Shown here in pieces: positions 31,707 to 41,688 of a stretch of DNA of 64,000 bases (its first letter is position 1; each line of letters opens with the position of its first letter). This DNA is from Candidatus Poribacteria bacterium. Its GTDB lineage: Bacteria > Poribacteria > WGA-4E > WGA-3G. The notes beneath the pieces are model-generated. The model made no database searches. It was not told where the DNA came from and worked only from the letters and a program-made list of their open reading frames with translations. Location: NCBI GenBank assembly GCA_964291315.2, contig OZ219753.1, positions 2,080,001 through 2,144,000 on the forward strand. Reading direction: 5' to 3'. Both the position numbers and the translations under genes were made by a program.

Positions 31707-32447
31707 ATGAACAGCTCCACCTTTACAGCACTTTTGACACGTATAACACTTTTATTCACAGTCTGCTGCCTCTTCATGATAGGATGCCTTGTGACTAATG
31801 GGATAGCCGAAACGGAAACTGTCCCTGGTAAAATAGCGATGGATCCGCCGAACGTACCAGTCCCTAAAGTTGTAATCAACTTTAATCAGACATTCTTCAA
31901 CCTATTTATCAATTTTGGTATTGCAAGCATTCGAAACTCTGATGGAGACCAACCGGTGGGCCTGGCATCATATACCGAGTATGCTAATATGCTAAAGGGC
32001 GCAGCTGTCCGGGCCTATAGTAAAGAGGCAGAGGATCTCAACGAGATAATAGGCTACTATCAAGGTCTGCTTGCAGATGGAAAATGGCAGCAGATCATAA
32101 AAGTCACGAACAAATTTAATCTCAGCCTACTCTATGCGGAAGAAACAGGGGTGCTCCACGGTATCTTCGCTATGATTATCGACGACGAGAGCTGGAATTT
32201 CGCAAATATCTACGGGGAGATTGATTTCCAAAAACTTGGGGTGCTATTTGGACGCGTTATAGCATCGAGTTCGGAAGTTGAAATGTCCAAGACGATTCGC
32301 GATTGGGTAAGCATTCCAAATTCCCCGTGGGGTGCCGCGGAGATCGATCCAGAAAAGCATGACGAAACGCCAAAAGCAGAGTCTGAAACATGTGACGAAG
32401 CCCTAGAATCAGAAACTGAGACAACTGACTCTTCGAATTCAAAATAA
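31707..32447 (+). CDS. exported DUF4252-like protein
   Basis: Signal peptide; KVVINF...AVRAY...FANIYGEID pattern shared with the next ORF. Confidence 0.6.
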   Translation: MNSSTFTALLTRITLLFTVCCLFMIGCLVTNGIAETETVPGKIAMDPPNVPVPKVVINFNQTFFNLFINFGIASIRNSDGDQPVGLASYTEYANMLKGAAVRAYSKEAEDLNEIIGYYQGLLADGKWQQIIKVTNKFNLSLLYAEETGVLHGIFAMIIDDESWNFANIYGEIDFQKLGVLFGRVIASSSEVEMSKTIRDWVSIPNSPWGAAEIDPEKHDETPKAESETCDEALESETETTDSSNSK

Positions 32448-32459
32448 GGAGTAAAACTG

Positions 32460-33677
32460 ATGAAACTTCAAAAGCACTGTGTCTTGTTATTCCTACTGTC
32501 GTTTTTAGTTTCATCGCTAATACCGACGGAATCAGCAGTTGCACAACAAGAAGAACCTGACGAAACTGAGAGAAAGGGATTGATCCTCTTTGATCTTCCA
32601 GGGGCACCTGAAGCAAAAGTTGAGGTTAACTTAACAGCAAAACTGATCAACCTAGTTACAGCAACGGTGGGCAATGCCCCGGAAGTTGCAGGGTTAATTC
32701 AGATGCTAGATGGAATTTATGTCCGCACCTATGATAAGCTCATCAGCACTAAACACGGATTGGTTGACTACCTTCAGCAGAGGCTCAAGGAAGATAATTG
32801 GGAGGTACTGGTGAAAATTAAGGAAGATAGTGAAGTTGTACAAATCAGCTTGCTATTTGATGAAGGTATGGTGCATGGAATTTTTGTGATCGTAAGTGAG
32901 ACATCCGGAGAAGTGACCTTTGTCAATATGGTCGGAAAAATCGCGCCAGACCGGATCGAGGATTTACTGGGAAATATGAGCAATTTTGGCGTGAGGGGCA
33001 TCGATGTCGACACTGCGCTGAAGCCGCAGTCGATACACGGTTCAGATACAGTTCAGAGAGAGCTATTCGCTGTAAAGGTTGAAAAAGCTCCAATTATTGA
33101 TGGAGCCCTGGACGATGCATGTTGGAAAATTGCTCCTGAAACGAATAACTTCACGCAAGCGCGTGATGGAAATCCGGTTGAAGACGATACGACGGTGAAA
33201 CTAATTTATACAGACCAAGCTATCTACGTTGCATGGCAACTCTATGACAGCGAGGCCAATAAAATAGTTGCACGACAGAACCAAGACGGGGTAAGGTTTA
33301 GAATGACGGAAGATTGGGTTTCCTTCAGTATTGATCCTTTCCACACACACCAATTTGATAATCGCACCTTCTTCATGGCAAACCCGCTTGGCACAAGATT
33401 CGTCCGATCCCCCAAGAGTAAAGCAAACGAGACAGAATGGTTGGAGCAGTGGAATCTCGTCGCTAACATCAATGCATCTGGCTGGATTGTGGAAATGGAA
33501 ATTCCGTGGGAAATGCTAGACTACCCAGACACAGCCGAACCGATTCGGATGGGAATCAACTTTGATCGAGGGCAGGCACGAACAAGTATACGTTCTTGGT
33601 GGTCAAATTTAGGTGTTGAGGAAGCTTATGAAAATGACGGGCACTGGCTATATGTGTTACCGCCACGTCAGCAGTGA
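32460..33677 (+). CDS. exported DUF4252-like + CBM9-like carbohydrate-binding domain protein
   Basis: N-domain KVEVNL...GIYVRTY...FVNMVGKI; C-domain APIIDGALDDACW...GWIVEMEIPW. Confidence 0.7.
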   Translation: MKLQKHCVLLFLLSFLVSSLIPTESAVAQQEEPDETERKGLILFDLPGAPEAKVEVNLTAKLINLVTATVGNAPEVAGLIQMLDGIYVRTYDKLISTKHGLVDYLQQRLKEDNWEVLVKIKEDSEVVQISLLFDEGMVHGIFVIVSETSGEVTFVNMVGKIAPDRIEDLLGNMSNFGVRGIDVDTALKPQSIHGSDTVQRELFAVKVEKAPIIDGALDDACWKIAPETNNFTQARDGNPVEDDTTVKLIYTDQAIYVAWQLYDSEANKIVARQNQDGVRFRMTEDWVSFSIDPFHTHQFDNRTFFMANPLGTRFVRSPKSKANETEWLEQWNLVANINASGWIVEMEIPWEMLDYPDTAEPIRMGINFDRGQARTSIRSWWSNLGVEEAYENDGHWLYVLPPRQQ

Positions 33678-34048
33678 ACACTTATCAAATCCAGAATAAT
33701 GCAAGCGTGATAAATAATTCCGTATTTCTTTGTATAAATTGGTATAAGGCAGCAAAACTTCCTATATAAGTGATAGGGCGAAGAGTAAGGTAGACTTTCT
33801 TCATCCAAACGCACACACTTTTCGGATCTGATGAAAAAAAAGCTAAACTTTTCGGGCTGAAAGGTATATAATATATAAACAATAGGGACGAGCGCGAAGT
33901 TCGTCAGATATGAAAGCGCTGGGGGCTCTTCTACGAGACGCACCCCAGAGATGGAAAACGCACACGACAGAACAATCGGATAGCCAGCGAAGGCAAAAAT
34001 GAGTTACCTTCGGAAAGGCATCCACAGTGAAAATAAAGGAGAGAACAG

Positions 34049-35197
34049 ATGAAAAATAGATGGTTCCTTCTCGCTTGTTTAGCTGTCATCTTGGTCAGTA
34101 TTGCGCTAAGTTTCCCGTTGTGGACTCCCCGGCCGTCTGTCAATGTCTCTGATAGACCGCCGGAATCCGCCTCTGTGCCTATGGTCATTGAAGAGGCTGC
34201 TGTTACAGTTCCTGCGGACAGGGGGTCGGAAACAATGCTCGGAGACCTCTCTCCTCTTTTCAGTGGGACAGGGTCCTTTGAAGAGGCGCAGAAAAAGTAT
34301 CCCGATGTTCATCCGGTTGTTACTGTTTTTAAGTCCTTTCTCACCGATGAACAACTTCAAACGTTCTTTGCGATACCTGAAGTGAAACGTGTTCTTGAGA
34401 TCCTCGAATCTCCTGAATACACAGCGTTCATCACAACCGAACCAGCAACCACTAGAGAATGGGATGAATTCTGGGCAAAACATGGCATTATTCAAGACCC
34501 GGATCGTTTCCAGAAAGAATTCCGAGAGGTGTTTCCAACGGGTGAACCGGAAGACTTCGAGTTAGAGATGCGCCAAACCTTCGCTGACATTTTCAGAGAT
34601 GTGGATGCCAATGATATGATGGCAATTTTCAACAAGGCTCCGCAATTTCTTTCAGATCCGCGGAATCGCGCATGGATGAATGCCTATTTTGACAGAAAAG
34701 ATAGGGACTTCGAGGCGTGGGCAGCAAATATCTTGGAAAATCTCAGTGCGAATCTTCGAGAAGCGTCTTCCGCCGAAGACGCTTTCTTGGAAGACGCTAT
34801 CTTAAGGCAGCTCCCCTCGCCAGACCGAAACGTTGATGTTCCCTCAGCCGCTGACACACACGGGGCATCAGAGGTTCCGACGCAACAGGCGGACGAGAAG
34901 ATGCCCGTCGAGACAGCATCCGCAACGCCGAACAGCGAACCCGACGCTCCCGACGCGATAGATATCAACAACCTTCTGACCGACGACAGCCTCGACGCTC
35001 TGTTTGCTGAAGACCGTCTCGAAACACTGTTGAAACAACGCTTGAACGCAAAAACGTTTTCAACCGAAGACGTGCAGCGTGCCTTGGCGGTCTTAGATCG
35101 CTACGGGCCTAAAGAAGGCCTCCGTAGACTCCGAGAAACAGATCCGGAAGTCGCCTCACAGATTGAAGGCTTCCTCCGACAACGACAGGAGAATTAG
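34049..35197 (+). CDS. hypothetical membrane-anchored/exported protein
   Basis: 382 aa ORF, AAGGAG RBS, N-terminal hydrophobic helix, C-terminal YGPKEGLRRLRETDPE motif. Confidence 0.8.
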   Translation: MKNRWFLLACLAVILVSIALSFPLWTPRPSVNVSDRPPESASVPMVIEEAAVTVPADRGSETMLGDLSPLFSGTGSFEEAQKKYPDVHPVVTVFKSFLTDEQLQTFFAIPEVKRVLEILESPEYTAFITTEPATTREWDEFWAKHGIIQDPDRFQKEFREVFPTGEPEDFELEMRQTFADIFRDVDANDMMAIFNKAPQFLSDPRNRAWMNAYFDRKDRDFEAWAANILENLSANLREASSAEDAFLEDAILRQLPSPDRNVDVPSAADTHGASEVPTQQADEKMPVETASATPNSEPDAPDAIDINNLLTDDSLDALFAEDRLETLLKQRLNAKTFSTEDVQRALAVLDRYGPKEGLRRLRETDPEVASQIEGFLRQRQEN

Positions 35198-35200
35198 GTC

Positions 35201-36043
35201 ATGAAGACTACAACACACTTTACCTATAGTATTCTCGCTCTTGCTGTGTTTTTATTTTCCTTGCCGAATGTTGACGGACAGCAGGAAGAGTTCAAAAATG
35301 TTTTCCCGAATGTGAAAGCGTTCGCAACCCCAACCTTCGAGATTTCGGAGCCGACGCAGCTTCAGACAGAGACGTTTGCTCTGCTAAACGCCTCTTTTCC
35401 CGGAGAGATGCTCGATCCGAAGTTCACAACGCTCCGAGCAGTCTCTACAAGTGAGGCGTATCTCACCTACCTCGGAGAAGCATATCCAGAGGTCCCCCGT
35501 TTCAAGACGCTGGCGGCATTCATAGAGAGGGGCGGTGCTACAAGACAACGATACTTCCCCTTCTTTGCCGTCTTTCTTGACTTCAAGAAGGTAGAGGACA
35601 TCCCCGAGGCGGATCACCTGGCGGTTCATCTGTTAGCCAATTCGTTCTGGAAATCGGGGGCTCGTGAACTTCAGGGTGAGGAGTTTCACGACCCGTATGT
35701 TTTTTTACAGCCTGAAGTCCAATCCTGGCTGAAAAAAAATGGCATAGAAATGTTTGAGGCAGAGAGATCTTCCAGCTTTCAGCATTTCTTTCAGAGCTTC
35801 GTGGGAACACTGTTTTCCTTGCGCGGCCTGGTTGACGCGAATCAAGAAGCCGATGCCGCTCTCGTGAAAACGTTTTATCAAAGGCACGGCGTTAATAAGG
35901 GGCTCTTATGGCTTGCCATCCAAGAACCCCTCTTGTTTGGAAGAATCCTTGACGGATTTACAGAGATGGCGGTTTTTAGAAAATGGTCCGAAGGCGAGCC
36001 CTCTGACACCTCTACCGAAGCGGCACCCGCAGGCAAAAAATGA
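35201..36043 (+). CDS. hypothetical exported protein
   Basis: 280 aa ORF 3 nt after the previous stop, AGGAG RBS, signal peptide. Confidence 0.8.
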   Translation: MKTTTHFTYSILALAVFLFSLPNVDGQQEEFKNVFPNVKAFATPTFEISEPTQLQTETFALLNASFPGEMLDPKFTTLRAVSTSEAYLTYLGEAYPEVPRFKTLAAFIERGGATRQRYFPFFAVFLDFKKVEDIPEADHLAVHLLANSFWKSGARELQGEEFHDPYVFLQPEVQSWLKKNGIEMFEAERSSSFQHFFQSFVGTLFSLRGLVDANQEADAALVKTFYQRHGVNKGLLWLAIQEPLLFGRILDGFTEMAVFRKWSEGEPSDTSTEAAPAGKK

Positions 36044-36156
36044 TGAAGCGGCGCGGTCGCGTGGCGGTATCAACATGCACCTACTAGCGAAACTCTCTCG
36101 GCATTATAATGAGAAGAGTACGGTGGAAACCAAAAAACGAACACCAACGTACAGAA

Positions 36157-36200
36157 ACACCCGAACGGCAAGCGTTTGCTAGGCGTTCGGGTGTCTTTTA
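36157..36200. terminator. hairpin terminator, possibly bidirectional
   Basis: ACACCCGAACG/CGTTCGGGTGT 11-bp stem followed by CTTTT. Confidence 0.6.
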
Positions 36201-36202
36201 TC

Positions 36203-36394
36203 TTAGTCGTTCTCCTCTCGTTTTTCGATGCCTTGTTGAAGGTGTGTTGCTATCTCGGGGTCTGTTGCTTTGTTGAGGCATCGGATGCCCTCCGTTGATC
36301 CGTAGCCTTTCAGGGTTTGCAGGGCAGCGTTCATTCGCTGTGGTGAAAAACCCGGGCATAGCAATAAGCCGGGAAGCTTGCCATAAAAACGCAT
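36203..36394 (-). pseudogene. remnant encoding only the C-terminal motif of a paralog of 34049..35197
   Basis: FSPQRMNAALQTLKGYGSTEGIRCLNKATDPEIATHLQ..REEND aligns with FSTEDVQRALAVLDRYGPKEGLRRLRETDPEVASQIE..RQEN. Confidence 0.6.
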
Positions 36395-36446
36395 GCTCTA
36401 TTCTCTCATGTTTTCCATAATCCATCTCACGTTGGTTGTTTCCGGA

Positions 36447-39400
36447 TTACGTGTAAGGTCCGGGTGACCCAGAGTCTAAAGATAATGCCGGCAAGCTCTT
36501 AACAATTTCTACTGTTTTTAGACTGACAGTGATAACGCGCGCCACTAAATCCACAATATACCGCGGCGCATCCGCACAATTCGGATCGTTGACCAACCCA
36601 CTCCGACTGTGCGTCTTCACACGATACTGATCTATCACCCACTCCAACGCCGAACGAGTGCCTAACCGATACGCAAACGCCTCGGCAGGAATGCCCTCCA
36701 ACGTCAAGAAGTGGTTATATTTCAAATGTGTTTTGTCTTTGGACAACTTCATCTTCTCGACGCACCAATCTACGGGGGTGTCAGGCGTTTCTCTGTATTT
36801 CAACGGGAACTTCTGTGCGGTTTCGTAGTTGATGTGCAGCTCCGCAAGCTGTGCCCCTGCGGTAGCGAACGCCCAGAAGTCTGTCGCGAACGGCATATGC
36901 GGCAGATCGCGCTTGAGGTTCGCCTCGTATCTCTCTCGATAGTCAGAGTGATGCAGGAGTCCATAGGTGTAGTGGAAGATGTCCCACTTGCTGATGGCAT
37001 CGTCCTTGTAGTGAGAGCGGGATTCAGATAGTGCCCAATCGGTGATATTTTCGCGGCGGTTTGTGCCGTCTTCGTCGTAGATGTAGAACGGAAAACATTG
37101 GGTTTTTTCGAGAACATCACAGGAAGGAATCATATCTGCAGCTAATAATTGAAAAGGTTTGTTACTTCCGATGCCACTAACACAAATGACCCGATTTTCT
37201 GATTCAGTCTCGGATGTCGGGAATATCCGATGCTGCTGATAACGTCTTTCGTTCCAAAAGTGATCAAAGTAGAAATATTGTTGACAAAATGGGCGATACA
37301 ATGCCTTCCGAAAGTGCCCCTCTTCATAGGTGTTTGACGCTAAGTTTTTCAACGATGCCTTGACCCGATGACTCCACTTGATGCGCGGATCGGTTGTATA
37401 AATGAAATGTTCAATCGGGGCGGTCGGATCATGCCTACGCTTCCGGTCAACTGCGGTGTTGTATATTTCAATAAAAGTGCGGACGCGCTCTTGTAGCAAT
37501 GTCAGATCAGAAGCATACACCAAACTATCCCTGCTGGTAACAACACCGTAGGAATACAGACTAAAAATTGCAGGTCCATCCCCGTTCTTCTTGCTTTTTA
37601 CTGCTTTGCTGCCTATGGGGATGAAGGTTTCAAATTCGGGATGGAGTCCCTCGGTGAGCCATGCGTGGCGTGCATCGGGTTCAATAGGCTGCCACGCAAC
37701 CCCACCCGCATGCCGGCATTTATTCAGAAACACAAACTTCTGCTCTCTATTCCACATCTCATCTGTGCGATAGTAATAGATGCACGGTTTCTCTGATGAA
37801 CGTTCTCTATTTTTCACGAATAGATTGATACTCACGCCTACCCGAATGCCGAACACGTTGGCACTTGAGACCTTTAATCCCTTCCGGGCATTTCCGCCTA
37901 AGTCGAGTATGTAAATCGCATGGAAGTCTTCCGCAAGGTGCTTTCGCACCCCATCAAACGCTATGCCGTCGAGAAAACTGTTATTCGTTATCAGAGCCAC
38001 AACGCCCTCTACACCAATCCTGTCCGATGCCCAGCGGATCGCCTTCACATATGGATCATAGAGCTTATTCCGCAACGTGGCTGTGGAGTCTTTCACATAC
38101 GTCTCCGCAACCCGTGCGGCCATGAGCGGATACTTCCGGTTCTTATTGTTGTCGTTCTCATTCGCCTGCCCCATGTTATAGGGCGGGTTGCCGATCACCA
38201 CGAACATGTCCGCTGACTTCTGCCGCTTCACGCGCTCTGTGTTTTCACGCGTGAAGAGCTGTCCCTGCTCCTGCTCAAGCAGCTCGAACGTATCCGCTAG
38301 CACGATACCCTCAAACGGCAGATACGCACCTGTCCGACGAAAATACTCCTGCTCGATGTTCAGGCTCGCAATGTAGTAGGGCAACAGCATCACCTCGTTG
38401 CAGTGCAGCTCCTCGCGGTATTTTGTCTCGAGTGCCGTGCCTTGAATGTCGTGCATCAACCGCACGATAAAGTTGCCCGTGCCGACAAACGGGTCGATGA
38501 TATGCACACCGCTATCCGACAGCGAACGGCCAAACTCTGTCTCTAATAGATGCTGTACGCTGTTGACCATGAAATCTACGATCGGCTGCGGCGTGTAGAC
38601 GATGCCGTGTGTGTCCGCTACATCCTCCGAGAACCCTTGAAAAAACTTCTCATAGAACGTATTGAGGAAGCTCTGCTTCTGTGAGAAGTCTTTGCAGAGT
38701 GCCGCCGCCTGCTCAATAGCGCTGTAGAAACGATCTAGAGGTTCCAGAAACACATCTCGACTCACCGCATGCCGCATCAGCGCACTACTCACGTTCTCTA
38801 TCTCAACAGCGATAATGTTTCGGCTCGTGAAGTCCGACCGGCTGAAAACTGTTCGAAAAATGCGTTCGGTGAGGATATGTTGGATCAGCATCTCCTCCAC
38901 GGCATCGCGTGAGAGCTCGGGGTTGATCGTCGTGCGGCAGGTCTCATAGAAGTTAGCGAACGCCGTTTGGAATGCCGTATCCACCGCGTGTCGCTGGTTA
39001 ATGAGCTCTTTCAACTTGCCTGCAAGAGCCGGCACATGTTCTTTGAAGTCGTTGACAGCCGATTGCCAATTTTCCAATGCCGGCGGCAGATAAGCGAACA
39101 GACCTTCAAGAGCAGCGATCAGAGAGACCGGCGCAGTAATGTCTACATCGAGCACCTCTGCTCCGTTCTGATACAAAATCGCGCGCTGTGGGTTCTGGAA
39201 CAGGATGTTGTCGAGCGGATACCCCGCCGCGCGTTTCTCCTCAACGGCCTTAGGGAGATCGTCATCAATATCTTTTGCCTCCCAATAGGCGAGTGGCAGG
39301 CTGTATTCGTCCAAGATTGCGCCGTCAATGACGATGCGGTTTCCGTTGGGTGCGTGCATCTGATACTGCGGGATGAGCGTCGCTTTCATCTGCTTCGCGC

Positions 39401-39533
39401 AGACGTGCAGGAGTGTCTCGAAGGGAGAGCTCACTGCGCCTTCATGTGTGATGTTGTGCTGGTTGTATGCCTGTAGCGTGGCATAATAGTCGCGGATCGA
39501 TTTGTGGGTGGTTTTGAGTTTGAGTTCTGACAT
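36447..39533 (-). CDS. single-chain restriction-modification enzyme (N6-adenine MTase with type ISP-like C-terminal specificity domain; type IIG/IIL-like)
   Basis: N-terminal ID..WEAK nuclease-like motif, GIVYTP, DPFVGTG (motif I), GNPPY (motif IV), LYRPF and SALEWVIDQY C-terminal motifs; no helicase motifs seen. Confidence 0.85.
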   Translation of the reverse strand: MSELKLKTTHKSIRDYYATLQAYNQHNITHEGAVSSPFETLLHVCAKQMKATLIPQYQMHAPNGNRIVIDGAILDEYSLPLAYWEAKDIDDDLPKAVEEKRAAGYPLDNILFQNPQRAILYQNGAEVLDVDITAPVSLIAALEGLFAYLPPALENWQSAVNDFKEHVPALAGKLKELINQRHAVDTAFQTAFANFYETCRTTINPELSRDAVEEMLIQHILTERIFRTVFSRSDFTSRNIIAVEIENVSSALMRHAVSRDVFLEPLDRFYSAIEQAAALCKDFSQKQSFLNTFYEKFFQGFSEDVADTHGIVYTPQPIVDFMVNSVQHLLETEFGRSLSDSGVHIIDPFVGTGNFIVRLMHDIQGTALETKYREELHCNEVMLLPYYIASLNIEQEYFRRTGAYLPFEGIVLADTFELLEQEQGQLFTRENTERVKRQKSADMFVVIGNPPYNMGQANENDNNKNRKYPLMAARVAETYVKDSTATLRNKLYDPYVKAIRWASDRIGVEGVVALITNNSFLDGIAFDGVRKHLAEDFHAIYILDLGGNARKGLKVSSANVFGIRVGVSINLFVKNRERSSEKPCIYYYRTDEMWNREQKFVFLNKCRHAGGVAWQPIEPDARHAWLTEGLHPEFETFIPIGSKAVKSKKNGDGPAIFSLYSYGVVTSRDSLVYASDLTLLQERVRTFIEIYNTAVDRKRRHDPTAPIEHFIYTTDPRIKWSHRVKASLKNLASNTYEEGHFRKALYRPFCQQYFYFDHFWNERRYQQHRIFPTSETESENRVICVSGIGSNKPFQLLAADMIPSCDVLEKTQCFPFYIYDEDGTNRRENITDWALSESRSHYKDDAISKWDIFHYTYGLLHHSDYRERYEANLKRDLPHMPFATDFWAFATAGAQLAELHINYETAQKFPLKYRETPDTPVDWCVEKMKLSKDKTHLKYNHFLTLEGIPAEAFAYRLGTRSALEWVIDQYRVKTHSRSGLVNDPNCADAPRYIVDLVARVITVSLKTVEIVKSLPALSLDSGSPGPYT

Positions 39534-39869
39534 ACGCATATGATAGCAGATCTCGGAACGGAGAGCAACAAGAAAAGCAGGGCTGTTAGAGGCATACGGA
39601 TGCACGACTAACGGCGTGTGCTATAAAACGAAGAAGATGCGCGGACTAACAGTCTATGCTACAAAAGATTCGCTCTCAATCTGTTTTCGAACTCCCGCTA
39701 AAGATAACCGCATGTCCAAATGCCTACTTATAATTAATTCAAATCGACAGGCATTGTTAGTCCTATTTATATGTATATCTGTTTGTTTCTCAGGACATGC
39801 CTAATTCTTTTCAACCGAGCTCGACATAATTAATGTGGTAAGCTCCTAACTCAAGGAGTATCGTTTTTT

Positions 39870-39898
39870 TTGCATTCTACACATGCGCGTGTTATAAT
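39870..39898 (+). promoter_or_regulatory. sigma70 promoter of the atp operon
   Basis: TTGCAT-17-TATAAT with TG extended -10. Confidence 0.65.
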
Positions 39899-39947
39899 AT
39901 ATAGCGTTGATTAATGAGAGAAATCTGTTCCCAGACAATTTTCATTT

Positions 39948-40256
39948 ATGAGGGTGTCTATCATGTTTAAAAGTCGGAGAGACCAATTCAAACATGAAAA
40001 TGTGGGGATGTTTGACCTCGCTTCCATCGGAATAATGCTTGTGCTTGCTATTTGTATCGGCTATTTCGGAGGTAAATGGATCGGAGGAAAGTTCGGCAAT
40101 GCAGCAATAGGATCCTATATCGGGTTTGCCCTTGGGGTCGCTTCGGGATTCATGGAAATGTTTCGTTCGGTTGCGCGTTGGAATCGGCGGCATGAAAGTC
40201 AGAAAAAAGGACATCGCTCTACCTCAGAACAAACACAGGACCCTGAAAAGAGATAA
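39948..40256 (+). CDS. AtpZ/AtpI-family small membrane protein
   Basis: Two TMs, IGYFGGKWIG...GFALGVASGF; first gene of the atp operon. Confidence 0.75.
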   Translation: MRVSIMFKSRRDQFKHENVGMFDLASIGIMLVLAICIGYFGGKWIGGKFGNAAIGSYIGFALGVASGFMEMFRSVARWNRRHESQKKGHRSTSEQTQDPEKR

Positions 40257-40320
40257 TACCGGAGATTGGGAAATTTCAGCGAATGTGATTTGCCGTTATC
40301 TTGACAAAGGAGTCTCATAG

Positions 40321-40728
40321 ATGGGGCCCGTTTTGGAAATTGGTGACCGATTTATCCGTCAGGTTTATGTTTTGACAATTTGCTTGACCGTAGGTATTGC
40401 TGCAGGGTTGCTGGTATTCAGACGCCCGGCGCTCCCGAGCTTCTTAATCGGTAGTGCTATCAGCCTTAGCCTATTCTGGTCGATCGAATTTGTTGTTCGG
40501 CGACTTGTCCAGCCCGGAAAAACAAAGAGTACAAAGTATCTATTAGGCTCTATTGCCCTTAGCAAATACATAGTCCTCGGAGGACTACTCTACCTCTTGT
40601 TTAAAATGGAGTGGATGAATATTTACGCATTTACTGCGGGGATTGCTTTAACCCAAGGTGCTATTATTATTAAAGCGATGGGCCTGTTAGTGTCTGTTTG
40701 GACCAGTAAAGATTCTGATCAGCCGTGA
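40321..40728 (+). CDS. atpI: ATP synthase protein I
   Basis: Four-TM small protein directly before atpB. Confidence 0.7.
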   Translation: MGPVLEIGDRFIRQVYVLTICLTVGIAAGLLVFRRPALPSFLIGSAISLSLFWSIEFVVRRLVQPGKTKSTKYLLGSIALSKYIVLGGLLYLLFKMEWMNIYAFTAGIALTQGAIIIKAMGLLVSVWTSKDSDQP

Positions 40729-40806
40729 GGTTGAGTTTCAAACCGACTTTAAACTGAAAAGTGTCCAAAATACCGCTGCTGCATTTGCGAAAATTGATAA
40801 CATAAT

Positions 40807-41637
40807 ATGAAAAAACTATCGTTTATCTGCTCGGTTGCCGGCCTCAATCTAGCAACAGTAACGGGGAGTTTCGCAGCCGAAAACGGTCACCGTACTTGGC
40901 TCTATCCGATTTCAAAGATCTTACCTGATGGGATCGTCCCGGAGCCCGGGCGATGGCATCAACCGGACCTGATTCCAAATACATACTTTGTAGTTCTCAT
41001 CTTAGCGTTGTTTTTCATTTTTGTAACTCGAAAGTTGAAACGCTTGCCCGAAGGAAACGGGCAAACACTTTTAGAAGTGTTTGTCGGGGGCATAATGGAC
41101 TTTTTCGGGAATATTTTAGGCGATCACGGCAAAAAGTATGTTCCTTTCGTTGGCTCCCTCTTTATCTTTATTCTTTCACTAAACTATCTCGGATTGACTC
41201 CAGGCTTTCAAGCCCCAACGGCAGATTTGAATACGACGCTCGCCCTCGGTATAACGGCTGTGTTAGGCGTTCAAATTATTGCTATTAAAGAGAATGGGAT
41301 AGGCGGTTATCTTAAACATCTAATGGGTACCCCCGCGTGGTTGGGGGTTTTGATGTTCCCGATCGAAGTCATCGCGCAGTTATCGCGAGCCGGTTCACTT
41401 GCACTTCGCCTTTTTGGCAACATTTTCGGTGAAGAATCGGTAATTGTTGAGTTAACAAAACTAGGTTTGATTGTTTTGATTGCCGGTGTCGTACCGATCA
41501 TTCCTGTTCAAGTGCCAATGCTGTTTTTTGGCTTGTTCAGCGGCTTTTTGCAGGCGTTTGTTTTCACCCTCTTAACATCTATCTACATCGTGCTGTTCAT
41601 AGAACACGGAGAAGAAGCGCATGAAGCGCTTCACTAA
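40807..41637 (+). CDS. atpB: F0 subunit a
   Basis: PTADLN, SLALRLFGNIFG, LQAFVFTLLTSIYI. Confidence 0.96.
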   Translation: MKKLSFICSVAGLNLATVTGSFAAENGHRTWLYPISKILPDGIVPEPGRWHQPDLIPNTYFVVLILALFFIFVTRKLKRLPEGNGQTLLEVFVGGIMDFFGNILGDHGKKYVPFVGSLFIFILSLNYLGLTPGFQAPTADLNTTLALGITAVLGVQIIAIKENGIGGYLKHLMGTPAWLGVLMFPIEVIAQLSRAGSLALRLFGNIFGEESVIVELTKLGLIVLIAGVVPIIPVQVPMLFFGLFSGFLQAFVFTLLTSIYIVLFIEHGEEAHEALH

Positions 41638-41688
41638 TTTCGTGGGGCAGGTACAAACTGCCCCTTATCTGTCCAAGGAGGACATTTT

